Shown piece after piece: positions 1 to 9,150 of a stretch of 54,756 nt of DNA (the first letter of the stretch is position 1; every line of letters starts with the position of its first letter). The stretch is from a virus. Taxonomy: Duplodnaviria > Caudoviricetes. The notes below the pieces were generated by a model. The model had not been told where the DNA came from. It did no database searches and saw only the letters and a program-made list of their open reading frames with translations. Location: positions 1-54,756 of the IMG/VR virus record IMGVR_UViG_3300046716_000023. One strand, written 5' to 3'. Made by a program: the position numbers and the translations under genes.

Positions 1-24
1 ATCGTTGAAGAACGGCAGGGCATG
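1..24. repeat. 24-bp terminal direct repeat (circular assembly overlap), left copy
   Basis: ATCGTTGAAGAACGGCAGGGCATG is identical to 54733-54756, and the reading frame of 53887.. continues into the ORF at 22..975. Confidence 0.97.
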
Positions 25-975
25 AATGGCTACTACCCACACCATGTCCAATGGAAGGACGGGACCGAGTGCCTCGCCTGTAAGGAGAAGGCAGCACAAC
101 ACGCGGCGCAGCAAGCGGAACTTGGGAAGCTGGACGAAGACCCGAACAAGCAGGCGCTTCTCGAGTCGATCATGCTCAAGGAGTTCGATGCGGAGAACTG
201 CCCGCATTGCAAGGGCACCGGTCGCGTGGCAGATGAGGTCGGTCTATTCTCAAAGCGTCTAGACGGCCTCGTCCTGAAGGTCGAGAAGCCCGACCTCCCC
301 GCGAAGATCTACCGGAGGATACAGTGCGAGGTCCCACCAGATCTCCTGCGCGCTGCAGAGATGATCGCGATGACGAGCGAAAACGCGCTCGACGCGCTGA
401 ACCGACTCCGCCAGCTCAGCGACGGCTTCCTCTATGACAAGGAGACCCATGAGCCGAAGTACGCGGGCGGTGCGAAGGAGAAAGTCCTCCGTGACCTTCT
501 CGATGAGTACAGCGATCAAGGGCGTGTCATCATCTACGCCGCGTATACGGCTTCGATCAACCGCATCAAGGCGATCTGCGAAGAAGAAGGATGGCTCGTC
601 TGGAAGTATGACGGTAAGTCCCTCGAGACATGGGATGGTCGTGACTTTCAGTCTGCCTACAAAGCCTTCCAAGACCGTAAGGGCTTCCCTCCGAAGGTTG
701 CTTACGTTGCTCACCCCAAGAAAGGGGCGATGGCACTCACTCTTACTGCAGCGGTCTGCGCGATCTTCTTCAGTAACGATTTCGAGGGCGAGAGTCGCGA
801 GCAAGGGGAAGACCGTATTCATCGAATTGGAATGGACCTCGAGCGCGGCGCGACGATCATCGACATCATGAACCTCGGTACCGACCTGCTGATCTTGATG
901 CGGCTGCTCGAGAAGCGCAGCATGTCGGGTCTGACGATCGCGCACGTCACCAGTGCGCTGAAGCTGGCTGCATGA
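22..975 (+). CDS. SNF2-family helicase, C-terminal half (continues from 53887 across the join)
   Basis: Helicase-C motifs KVAYVAHPKKGAMALTLT and REQGEDRIHRIG; ATG 22-24 is the same codon as 54754-54756. Confidence 0.9.
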   Translation: MNGYYPHHVQWKDGTECLACKEKAAQHAAQQAELGKLDEDPNKQALLESIMLKEFDAENCPHCKGTGRVADEVGLFSKRLDGLVLKVEKPDLPAKIYRRIQCEVPPDLLRAAEMIAMTSENALDALNRLRQLSDGFLYDKETHEPKYAGGAKEKVLRDLLDEYSDQGRVIIYAAYTASINRIKAICEEEGWLVWKYDGKSLETWDGRDFQSAYKAFQDRKGFPPKVAYVAHPKKGAMALTLTAAVCAIFFSNDFEGESREQGEDRIHRIGMDLERGATIIDIMNLGTDLLILMRLLEKRSMSGLTIAHVTSALKLAA

Positions 976-1217
976 TGGTCACCAAGGTCGAACCACTCTT
1001 CCACGACGACGGCAAGACTCCGTGGCTCGCGGTCGGCTGTCTGTTCGCCGGCTGCAAGCACAAGTTCCAGGTCGTGTGGAAGGCTGAGGGATTGGTTTCC
1101 TTCCGACGCATGAACCTCGAGCTGCTTCGGATGATCAAGGAGCACGTGTTCAAAGAGCACTACAAGGGAAAGAAAGGCAAGGGTCCGCAGATCATCATCG
1201 ACGACCCAACCGCATGA
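972..1217 (+). CDS. hypothetical protein
   Basis: ATGA overlaps with both neighbours; CxxxxC and HxxxxH pattern. Confidence 0.65.
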   Translation: MMVTKVEPLFHDDGKTPWLAVGCLFAGCKHKFQVVWKAEGLVSFRRMNLELLRMIKEHVFKEHYKGKKGKGPQIIIDDPTA

Positions 1218-1726
1218 TCACCTTCCTCCCCTCACGGACGTTTACCGTTTGCGCGAAGGCGCTCGACGACCAGCGGCTTCTTGCCCAGGTCGGTGAGGCG
1301 CGCATCATCCTGGAGGCCATCCTCGAGGGGAAGCAGGTCGGGCAACCGGCCTTCGACATGTGGCGTCCGTATCCCGGTCACCTCGCGATCTACGGCAAGA
1401 TCATGAGTGACGAACGGCATGTTCGCTGGGGAACTCGGACCGAGACCTTCTTCATCCACCACATCCCGCAGTGGTTCTACGGACTAGGTCGAGGTGGTGA
1501 GTCAGAGGTTGAGATACGGCAGGAGGACTGGAACCGGTGGGATCCGGCAAAGACCAAGGATCCGCCGTGGCTCGGTGATCAGCGTCTCCACCTCTCACAT
1601 ATCCGGGCGTTGTACCACAAGAACCCGACGATCTACGCGAAGTGGCACGATATCACCACGCGACCGGCGACGTATTGTTGCGTCGGTTGTAACTACTGGT
1701 GGCCAACCCACGCGGGTGTCATGTGA
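1214..1726 (+). CDS. pyrimidine-dimer DNA glycosylase / endonuclease V-like protein (MSMEG_6728-type)
   Basis: TFLP, LDDQRL, PAFDMWRPY and PPWLGDQRLHLSH...KNP...Y motifs. Confidence 0.8.
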   Translation: MITFLPSRTFTVCAKALDDQRLLAQVGEARIILEAILEGKQVGQPAFDMWRPYPGHLAIYGKIMSDERHVRWGTRTETFFIHHIPQWFYGLGRGGESEVEIRQEDWNRWDPAKTKDPPWLGDQRLHLSHIRALYHKNPTIYAKWHDITTRPATYCCVGCNYWWPTHAGVM

Positions 1727-1905
1727 CGATCCGTGTGAAGATCTACATCGACGGCAAACTCAAGAAGGTCTTCACCGACGACATCGGTGACGACGAGCAC
1801 ATCAACCTCATGAACACCATGGTCATGAACGTCTGTGGCCGCGAGATGCGGGAAGCGGGCGGTTGGACCAGGGACGTGAAATGGGAAGTGGAGGTAATCC
1901 GGTGA
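1723..1905 (+). CDS. hypothetical protein
   Basis: GTGA overlaps at both ends; coding-like codon usage. Confidence 0.6.
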   Translation: MTIRVKIYIDGKLKKVFTDDIGDDEHINLMNTMVMNVCGREMREAGGWTRDVKWEVEVIR

Positions 1906-2465
1906 ACCTGCCCGAGCTGATGAAGAAGTACTGGGACGACAACACGAGCGGTCACGCGTGGCCGCCGAGGCACAACTACTACGAGCACTACGTGATCTGG
2001 TCGGCGCTCGTGAAGCCCGAGTCCTACCTCGAGATCGGCGTGATGTACGGCTGGTCGACGATGGCCGTGTTGCTCGGCAACAACATCACCCGCATCGCGC
2101 TGTTCGACAACGAGCTCTACCAGATCCCGCTGAGCGAGGCCGTGCGGCGGATCGAGGAGTTCTGCCGAGACCAGGGCATCCCGATGCCGATCATCGAGTA
2201 CAAGAAGATGGACACCACCGTGGTGGATAACCTCGGCGTGAGCCGGAGCTACGAGATGTCCCACGTCGACGGTTCGCACGGCGAGGCTGCGGTCTACCAC
2301 GACCTGTGTCTCGTCAGTCCGGTCACCACGAAGGTGATCATCGTCGACGACCTGTCGCTTCCCGGCATCAAGGAAGGCGCGGACCGGTTCCTCGCCGAAC
2401 ACCCGCAGTGGGAGGCGCTCGTCCACCCGGACCACCAGTCGCACTACGTGATGTGGCGCAAGTGA
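1902..2465 (+). CDS. class I SAM-dependent methyltransferase (Methyltransf_24-like, small-molecule or glycan type)
   Basis: YLEIGVMYGWST, HVDGSH...VYHDL and IIVDD motifs. Confidence 0.8.
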   Translation: MNLPELMKKYWDDNTSGHAWPPRHNYYEHYVIWSALVKPESYLEIGVMYGWSTMAVLLGNNITRIALFDNELYQIPLSEAVRRIEEFCRDQGIPMPIIEYKKMDTTVVDNLGVSRSYEMSHVDGSHGEAAVYHDLCLVSPVTTKVIIVDDLSLPGIKEGADRFLAEHPQWEALVHPDHQSHYVMWRK

Positions 2466-2758
2466 GCGGCTACATCGACGTCGAAGGGATGCGAGCCGCA
2501 GCATCTCGAATGTGCTCCGCCGCGGAGGACATGAAGAACGCTGCGGGCTGGCATCACGACTACATGCAACAGCATGTTGCCGGGTTGCGGGAGTTCTCGG
2601 AGAACATGCGGTCGATCCAGGACCGTGAGGTCCAACTGCTCGCCTGCCGAACCGAGCTCGAGATGATGATCGCCCACGATGCCGGTCTCGAGGGTCAGGC
2701 TGGTCGTTACGCCGAGTCCGCGTACCTCGAACTTCACAAGAGGATCGCAGCGCTATGA
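2462..2758 (+). CDS. hypothetical protein
   Basis: 4-bp overlaps with neighbours. Confidence 0.6.
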   Translation: MSGYIDVEGMRAAASRMCSAAEDMKNAAGWHHDYMQQHVAGLREFSENMRSIQDREVQLLACRTELEMMIAHDAGLEGQAGRYAESAYLELHKRIAAL

Positions 2759-3105
2759 ACAAGAAGAAGTACTTCTGGGTTTGCGACAAGTACCGGACCC
2801 TCTTGCTCAACTATGGCGCACACCCGATGGAGCCGCTTGTCAATCCGCAAGCGGTGGATCAGCAGACGCTGAAGACCCTTTCGCTCCACCATGCGTTGTA
2901 CATGGTCGAGAAGATGCCTCGCATGTACGACGAGGATCCCGAGAAGGCGATGCGTTGGCTGGGGTTCGTGCAGGGCGTCTTCTACATCACCGGCTACATG
3001 ACCATCGAGGAGATGAAGCTCGACAACAAGAACGAGGACCGGTGCAACCACGGTGGCACGTTCCGGGGCGAGAAGTGCACGATCTGCGGAGTGGATGTTC
3101 GATGA
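2755..3105 (+). CDS. hypothetical protein (KAMRWLGFVQG motif, C-terminal Cys/His cluster)
   Basis: ORF in the overlap chain; coding-like codon usage. Confidence 0.7.
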   Translation: MNKKKYFWVCDKYRTLLLNYGAHPMEPLVNPQAVDQQTLKTLSLHHALYMVEKMPRMYDEDPEKAMRWLGFVQGVFYITGYMTIEEMKLDNKNEDRCNHGGTFRGEKCTICGVDVR

Positions 3106-3347
3106 GTCGCGGCGAACCACTGGAGGGTTGTTGCTCCTGCCATTTGCACCCGCCCTGCTCGTACTGCGAGAAGGTCCGGTGGGTCATCGTTCGAGAGCAC
3201 AGCGAACTGGGAACCCAGTTCATGACTCCCGACAAGAAGGGCTGGACTACGGACTTCGAGAAGGCGATGCACTACGCACTCGAAGAGGAAGCCAACGCGG
3301 ATGTGCAGAAGGAGCTGGACGAGAGCGTTCAGCCGTACGAAGGATGA
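3102..3347 (+). CDS. hypothetical protein, Cys-rich N-terminus (CCSCHLHPPCSYC)
   Basis: ATGA overlaps. Confidence 0.6.
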   Translation: MSRGEPLEGCCSCHLHPPCSYCEKVRWVIVREHSELGTQFMTPDKKGWTTDFEKAMHYALEEEANADVQKELDESVQPYEG

Positions 3348-3640
3348 CCAGACGATCGGGGCGCACGACCCGCATGCTCGCTCACGCTGAGGCACTTGCC
3401 CGCGAGGGTAAGGCGGTCTACGTGGTCTTCGCCAACATGGCGAATGCGAGCGTGTACAAGACGCCGGAGCGCGAGGCGTTGGGTATCAAGTTCGAGTCGG
3501 TGGACTCGCTGCCCAACTTCGACTGGCGCAAGTGGAAGCTCCGTGGCGCGCACCCCAACGTCGAAGTTCTCGTCGATCACTTCGCGATCGAACACCACTG
3601 GATGACGCTCTTCGAGATGGCGCACAGGTGGGATAAGTGA
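3344..3640 (+). CDS. small hypothetical protein with degenerate P-loop-like RRSGRTT and VLVD
   Basis: ATGA/GTGA overlaps; motif resemblance only. Confidence 0.6.
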   Translation: MTRRSGRTTRMLAHAEALAREGKAVYVVFANMANASVYKTPEREALGIKFESVDSLPNFDWRKWKLRGAHPNVEVLVDHFAIEHHWMTLFEMAHRWDK

Positions 3641-5823
3641 GGTTCCTCGACTCTGAGACCGCTGGGTTCGTAGGACCCGCCGTTATCTGGCAGCACGCGA
3701 TCGACAACGATCCGATCCAGATCCACCACGTGTGGCGGCGACCGGTCCGTGAGACCCTACAGCTCTTGGAGGACTTCACCGGCGAGAACATCTGTGGGTT
3801 CAATCTGACGTTCGACTGGTTCATGGCGAACAAGGACTACAACGTCTTCCGCCACTTCCAGAACCTGTCCGATCCTCCTACCATCGCGGAGTGGAAAGCC
3901 AATGAGCTCAAGGGATCGCGAGAAGCCTTGTGTCTCAAGCCCGCCTCTGCCCTCGATCTGTATCTGCACGCGTTGCGAGGTCCGATGCAGGTCCTTATGG
4001 ACCGAGACCCAATTGTTATTCGCCGTGTCCCAAAGCTACTTGCCCCTCTTCTCTGCGAAGAACTTGCCCGACTTGTTCACCTCGACAAGATCCACTTCAA
4101 GTTCGGCAAGGACTGGTACGTGGATCCAGAGTCCAAGGATCCCGACTTCCCCGATATTGTCTTGGCATTCGGAGCTACGGCCGCGCTGAAGCCGATCATC
4201 CAGCACGTGTTCGGGATCGAGACCATCGACTTCCCTCTCCCAACCGAGCTGAAGACCACGGACGACAAGAGGACACAGTACTTCCCGTGGAGCGTGAAGC
4301 GCCAGTGGGTTGAGAAGCTTCCCGGCCTGATCGACTATTGGTACACCAACAAGAGGGCGATCGAATATGCCACAGAAGACGTCGAACACCTCCGGCGGTT
4401 GTGGTACCACTGGGGACGACCCGAGCCCGGAGACGATGACTCGATCCTTGCTTGCCAGGTTGCAGCAGTCCGGTGGAGAGGGTTTGCACTCGATCGCGAC
4501 CGAGCCCTCGCCCTCTACAAATCCCAACTGGACCTCGCCCGCTCAAGTGTCCGCTCTCCTACGGCAGTTCGATCCGGACTTCTGCCACTGCTGTCGGATG
4601 TCGAAAAGCTTGTCGTCCAAGACACGCGCGCTGAGACTCTTGAGCAGCTGGTTCACTGGAATGTCGACGGATCCCATACGGGAAGCTTGGATGACGGTAC
4701 TGCGGTCGTCGGAGACCATCCTGCTGCGAAATACTCTGCAGGAGTCATTGCTGCCCGGACTGCCGAGAAGCGTGCTAACCTTGCCGGTAAGCTCTGGCGA
4801 GTTGGAAGCTTTCATCCGGATTTCAAGATACTTGGGGCGAAGTCCGCTCGAATGTCTGGAGCTGGTGGTCTCAATGCACATGGCATTGATAACTGGGGAC
4901 CCATGCGCGCCGTGTTTCCTTTCGCATTCCCCGGCGAAGACTTTTCTGGAGGAGACTTCGACTCCTTCGAGCCGTTCATCGGAGACGCAGCGTACAACGA
5001 TCCCGCCCTTCGACGAGACCTGATGTCCGGTAAGAAGATCCACGGTCTCTTCGGTGAGCAGGCGTTTGAGCTGGACTACTCGATCGTGGTCGCCAACAAG
5101 AACGCAGGTTCGCTCTACGACCGTGCGAAGAAGGGTTACCTCGCGTGGTCGTACGGTGGTCAGGCGAAGAAGATCGCGACCGTGCTGGACAAGCAAGAGA
5201 AGGAGATCACCGCCTTCTTCACGCGAATGGGGTTGAAGTATCCCCAGATGCTGGCGTACCGGGAGAAGCGCGCCATGGAGTTCTGCTCCATGCGGCAGCC
5301 AGCTGGACTTGGTACGCGAGTCGTCTGGCACAAGCCTGCGGAGTACGTGAACTCTCTGCTCGGTGACAAGCGGTACTTCACGCTGGAGAACAAGATCTGC
5401 GAGGCGTTGTTCAATCTCGCGCAGGAGATGCCGCGGGAGTTCATGGATCTCGGGAGGTTCCAGGTCAAGCGTCGTGATCGCACGCAGACCGCGACCGGAG
5501 CTTGCCAGTCAGCGCTCTACGCTGCGGCATTCGGAATCCAAGGCTCGAACATGCGAGCCGCGCTGAACCACGAGATCCAGTCCACTGGCGCACGTATCAC
5601 GAAGGCGACTCAACGCCGTGTGTGGGATCTGCAACCGTGCGGGATCGGTCCATTCCTTGTCCGCATCATGCAGGTCCACGACGAACTCCTCGTCGTCCAT
5701 GTCAACCTCGCAGAGCAAGTCTACGCAGCGGTGATGGAAAGTATCCACCACTACAAGAAGACCGTCCCGCTCCTCGCCATAACCTGGCGCAAGAGCATGC
5801 AAGACTGGAGTGAGATGAAATGA
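3637..5823 (+). CDS. polA: family A DNA polymerase with 3'-5' exonuclease
   Basis: ExoI FLDSET, ExoII GFNLTFD, ExoIII YATED; motif A DFDSFE, motif B RAKKGYLAWSYG, motif C VHDE. Confidence 0.93.
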   Translation: MRFLDSETAGFVGPAVIWQHAIDNDPIQIHHVWRRPVRETLQLLEDFTGENICGFNLTFDWFMANKDYNVFRHFQNLSDPPTIAEWKANELKGSREALCLKPASALDLYLHALRGPMQVLMDRDPIVIRRVPKLLAPLLCEELARLVHLDKIHFKFGKDWYVDPESKDPDFPDIVLAFGATAALKPIIQHVFGIETIDFPLPTELKTTDDKRTQYFPWSVKRQWVEKLPGLIDYWYTNKRAIEYATEDVEHLRRLWYHWGRPEPGDDDSILACQVAAVRWRGFALDRDRALALYKSQLDLARSSVRSPTAVRSGLLPLLSDVEKLVVQDTRAETLEQLVHWNVDGSHTGSLDDGTAVVGDHPAAKYSAGVIAARTAEKRANLAGKLWRVGSFHPDFKILGAKSARMSGAGGLNAHGIDNWGPMRAVFPFAFPGEDFSGGDFDSFEPFIGDAAYNDPALRRDLMSGKKIHGLFGEQAFELDYSIVVANKNAGSLYDRAKKGYLAWSYGGQAKKIATVLDKQEKEITAFFTRMGLKYPQMLAYREKRAMEFCSMRQPAGLGTRVVWHKPAEYVNSLLGDKRYFTLENKICEALFNLAQEMPREFMDLGRFQVKRRDRTQTATGACQSALYAAAFGIQGSNMRAALNHEIQSTGARITKATQRRVWDLQPCGIGPFLVRIMQVHDELLVVHVNLAEQVYAAVMESIHHYKKTVPLLAITWRKSMQDWSEMK

Positions 5824-6128
5824 GCAAGCCCCTGATCCTGGTCAAGTCCGTGAACGCGGACGGCGTCTTCACGAGGATCTGCCTCGACTTCGACTCAATC
5901 TTCGGCATGTCGCCGCATCAGTCGAAGATCCGACTCGCCGAAGGACCGCAGGTCGTCAACGGCACGATCCTGATGTTCAAGAACGGGAAGGAGATGTTCG
6001 TCACTGACGACTTCGACGTCCTGCAGGACCAGTGGATCAACCTCACCCACGCCTGCGTCCTGAACGACGAGTTCGTCGGGACGTGCAAGTGCGGCGAGCA
6101 GTACGTGATCAAGAGCAGGAAGCCATGA
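5820..6128 (+). CDS. hypothetical protein
   Basis: ATGA overlaps. Confidence 0.65.
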   Translation: MSKPLILVKSVNADGVFTRICLDFDSIFGMSPHQSKIRLAEGPQVVNGTILMFKNGKEMFVTDDFDVLQDQWINLTHACVLNDEFVGTCKCGEQYVIKSRKP

Positions 6129-6409
6129 ACCGCTGGGCAGTGCTACTCGAGAAGCAGTCCAAGGACGGTGACACCAAGACGAGGTGGTGCATCGCCGGGG
6201 CTCGCAAGCACGACCTCAAGTACATCGAGGCCACGTGCAACATCAAGGGTGACCACTTCGGCGTCACGAAGAACGGCGGACCCGTGGCGTTCATCGCCCA
6301 GGCCATCGTGATCTGGGAGACCGCGGAGGACAAGCTCGACGCGGAGACCAGGGTCATCATCGAGAAGTGGGCCAACGGTGACTTCGTCATCGATGCGAGT
6401 ACCGCATGA
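6125..6409 (+). CDS. hypothetical protein
   Basis: ATGA overlaps. Confidence 0.6.
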   Translation: MNRWAVLLEKQSKDGDTKTRWCIAGARKHDLKYIEATCNIKGDHFGVTKNGGPVAFIAQAIVIWETAEDKLDAETRVIIEKWANGDFVIDASTA

Positions 6410-6585
6410 TCCTCGTCATCAGACCCTCTGACAAGTGGTGGGTTGGTCACCTTCGTACCCCGGGAGGTCAGACCATTGAGGCCTTCGGCGATTCGATCCA
6501 GGAGATCATCTCCAAGATCTGCGATCGGATGAAGGACAAGGGTGTGGTCGGCCAGTTCGAGGTCAAGTTCGAGGTGCGGGTATGA
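6406..6585 (+). CDS. hypothetical protein (59 aa, below the ORF-track cutoff)
   Basis: Translated by hand, MILVIRPSDKWW...EVRV; ATGA overlaps at both ends fill the gap exactly. Confidence 0.6.
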   Translation: MILVIRPSDKWWVGHLRTPGGQTIEAFGDSIQEIISKICDRMKDKGVVGQFEVKFEVRV

Positions 6586-7511
6586 ACATGGAACCGATGC
6601 TCGCCACCACGCTCGACTACGAGTACGACGAGGATCTGCAACCGAAGTTCACCGAGCAGCAGTTCCAGTGGGACGCTGAGGACAAGCTCGACGGGGTGAG
6701 ACTCCGCGTGAAGCTGGAGTACAACTGCAACGACTCCCTGGCTCTGACCCGCGTCAAGGGCAAGCACACCGGGGAGTACGCGAACAAGCTCGGGCATCTC
6801 GCGTGGGCGAGGACCGACGGACTCGTAGAGCGGACCACCATCCTCGACGGCGAGGGGAAGTGGGGCAAGAACTCGCGCTCGACGATGGAGATCCTCGGCT
6901 GTCATTCCAACGAGTCTCTCCTCCGTCAGGCACGAACCGAACCGCTGAAGTACACAGCGTTCGACATCCTCTTCTTCAACGGAGTCGACGTACGCTTCCA
7001 TACGTTCGAGCGTCGTCGGCTTCTTCTGACGGAGGTGATGACCGGGTTGGAGGCTCAGTTCCCCGGCGAGGTCAACCTAATCCGGACCGGTCCGGCGAGG
7101 TACCTCTGGAGACAGAATGCCGAAGGCATCATGCTCAAGGAGCCGGGACACTACTACCAAGACGGGAAGCGAAGCCCGTCCTGGTTGAAGGTCAAGCGCT
7201 TCAAGAAGTACATCGCGGTGGTGACCGGCTACACGGCCGGCAAGCAGGGGAAGACCGGCCAGATGGTGGGACTCATGGGGAGTCTCTGGCTCGGGATGCT
7301 GGACCACCGAGGCATCCTGATCCCGGTCGGTGCTGCCGGCACCGGCTTCGACATGAACGAACGATCTCCGTTGGCGTGGCCTGTCCGCACCGTTGTGGAA
7401 GTCGCCTCGTCCGACGTAACCGAGGATGGCAAGCTGTGGCATCCCAGGTTCCTGAAACGACGTCCCGATCTGAGGGTCGAAGACGCACAACTGTCACAGC
7501 TGGGGGTCTAG
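6582..7511 (+). CDS. ATP-dependent DNA ligase
   Basis: EDKLDGVR (KxDG), ILDGE, AFDIL, EGIMLK, WLKVK, HPRF. Confidence 0.95.
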   Translation: MNMEPMLATTLDYEYDEDLQPKFTEQQFQWDAEDKLDGVRLRVKLEYNCNDSLALTRVKGKHTGEYANKLGHLAWARTDGLVERTTILDGEGKWGKNSRSTMEILGCHSNESLLRQARTEPLKYTAFDILFFNGVDVRFHTFERRRLLLTEVMTGLEAQFPGEVNLIRTGPARYLWRQNAEGIMLKEPGHYYQDGKRSPSWLKVKRFKKYIAVVTGYTAGKQGKTGQMVGLMGSLWLGMLDHRGILIPVGAAGTGFDMNERSPLAWPVRTVVEVASSDVTEDGKLWHPRFLKRRPDLRVEDAQLSQLGV

Positions 7512-7512
7512 C

Positions 7513-7728
7513 ATGGCGAAGAAGAAGCCGGATCTCGCTTCGCTCGAGGTGGAGCTCCGGGACTCATTCCAGAAGTACAGGCGTCGTCTTGACATGCTCA
7601 CGCGTTTCCGAGCCCTGGGCAAGGTGTCGGAGGAGCAGGTCGACGAGTTCATCAAGGCGATGAACCAGGACGACGAGCTGACCGCCCGCAAGGTCATGAA
7701 GATCATCGAGGTGCAGCGTGGCAGCTGA
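7513..7728 (+). CDS. hypothetical protein
   Basis: ORF directly after ligase. Confidence 0.6.
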   Translation: MAKKKPDLASLEVELRDSFQKYRRRLDMLTRFRALGKVSEEQVDEFIKAMNQDDELTARKVMKIIEVQRGS

Positions 7729-7891
7729 CGAAGTCATGAAGCGAAACGCCAAGCTGGCGTACCGCTTCTTCGACCTCCCCGAAGCGGTGAGGACGGGACA
7801 GTACATGGAGTTCGCCCGACTGTGGGATTCCGGGCGGTATCACGAGGCGGAGCTGATGCTCGAACGTCTCGAGAAGGCAGCGAAGTCGTGA
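7718..7891 (+). CDS. hypothetical protein (57 aa)
   Basis: Translated by hand; fills the gap and overlaps the next gene by GTGA. Confidence 0.5.
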   Translation: MAADEVMKRNAKLAYRFFDLPEAVRTGQYMEFARLWDSGRYHEAELMLERLEKAAKS

Positions 7892-8190
7892 AGCGCAAGA
7901 AGCTGCTCGAACGATTCGAGGGATGCATCCCCGTCCTCGAGCGAAGCGGGGTCAAGGTCGAGAAGATCGGCCTGATGAAGGACGTGATCGACAAGCTCGA
8001 CGCTCTCGGCATCGCCAAGAAGGTCGGCTGGCTCCACCGCGTCGAGGTCGCGTGCAAGCACGAGTCGGAACACTACGCCGACCTCACCCCGACCGCGTGG
8101 CTCAATCTGGCCATGCTCTCGCCGGGAAGCGAGGACATCAAGAAGCTGAAGGCCTACCGCGCCGCGGTGAAGACGGCCTTCAAGAGCTGA
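7888..8190 (+). CDS. hypothetical protein, last gene of the rightward block
   Basis: GTG start; converges on the leftward operon. Confidence 0.6.
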   Translation: MKRKKLLERFEGCIPVLERSGVKVEKIGLMKDVIDKLDALGIAKKVGWLHRVEVACKHESEHYADLTPTAWLNLAMLSPGSEDIKKLKAYRAAVKTAFKS

Positions 8191-8959
8191 CTTGCTCGGT
8201 GGCCCGGGGTTTGGCGAGTCGCTGTTGACCCTCCAAGTTGCCGGCACTCCCGCCCCGGTGCCACCACACCAAGTTCAGATCGTGGATGAACGCGACGCGG
8301 TCGATGTTCTTGTTGACCGTGTTGTAGTTCCCCTCTGAACCAGGACGCGGCGGGATCCGCAGGCTTTCGGCGTAGTCGTCCTTGCCGGAGTCGTAGCCGT
8401 CGAACCCGACCATCACGAACGTCTTGATGCCGAAGACCCCGGCAGCGATCTCCAGAGCGACCGGTGCGGTCTCGTACCCCGGTGACGCATGCTGACCCCA
8501 CTCCCAGACCGCCATGTTCGGGAACGGCTGGTGGGACTGCTTCGGCTCGACACACGCGACCGACTCCACGCGTCCCTGCGCGAGCTTGATCAGCGGTCCG
8601 TCGTCCAGCGCGAAGACGTACTTGCAGGGATAGAGCAGTCCCGCCTCGTTGATCCCGATCGGGACGACGTGCCAGCGGTGACGCTTACCCTCGATGAGGA
8701 AGCGGTCGAGGCTCGGACCCTTCCCAAGCATGAGACCGACCATGCCCTCGTGGGCGTTCTTGTACTTCATGATGTCGAGCTTCTTGAACTCGCCGGGAGC
8801 CATCGGTCGCCAGCGCAAGTCCTGCGGCCGCGTCCGAAGCATGGTGCGATCGAGGTAAGCCTCGACCTGCTTGTTCGGCTTCGTGAGCCAGATGGTCCCG
8901 TCCTCGTCGCGACGAAGTCCGTCGCAGTTCCGACACCCCGGCAGATTGACCTGGCTCAT
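8180..8959 (-). CDS. Maf/DUF115 (MptE-like) family transferase, probable nucleotide-sugar transferase
   Basis: LMLGKGPSL, IGINE, FALDD and MVGFD motifs in the family order. Confidence 0.7.
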   Translation of the reverse strand: MSQVNLPGCRNCDGLRRDEDGTIWLTKPNKQVEAYLDRTMLRTRPQDLRWRPMAPGEFKKLDIMKYKNAHEGMVGLMLGKGPSLDRFLIEGKRHRWHVVPIGINEAGLLYPCKYVFALDDGPLIKLAQGRVESVACVEPKQSHQPFPNMAVWEWGQHASPGYETAPVALEIAAGVFGIKTFVMVGFDGYDSGKDDYAESLRIPPRPGSEGNYNTVNKNIDRVAFIHDLNLVWWHRGGSAGNLEGQQRLAKPRATEQVSS

Positions 8960-9150
8960 GGTAACGCGGCCTTCCATTTGGTAACGACGGCGGAATAGGT
9001 CTCCATGAGCTCCATCCGCTCGCCTGTGCTCTTGAGCACAACCCACGCCCAACCATTCTTACCTCGGCCTACCTGGGCGATATCGGTAGCGTCGAGAGAC
9101 ATCGGTCCATGAACTGTGCAGACGACCGTGATCACCTGGGTGTTGCTCAC
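8956..9150 (-). CDS. hypothetical protein
   Basis: 4-bp overlaps within the late operon. Confidence 0.6.
   Translation of the reverse strand: MSNTQVITVVCTVHGPMSLDATDIAQVGRGKNGWAWVVLKSTGERMELMETYSAVVTKWKAALP

Noticed and set aside
1-24. Biological terminal repeat or att site
   Set aside because: It falls mid-gene and in frame, so an assembly overlap is the simplest explanation.
1902-2465. DNA methyltransferase
   Set aside because: It lacks DPPY/NPPY or PCQ motifs and matches small-molecule or glycan methyltransferases.
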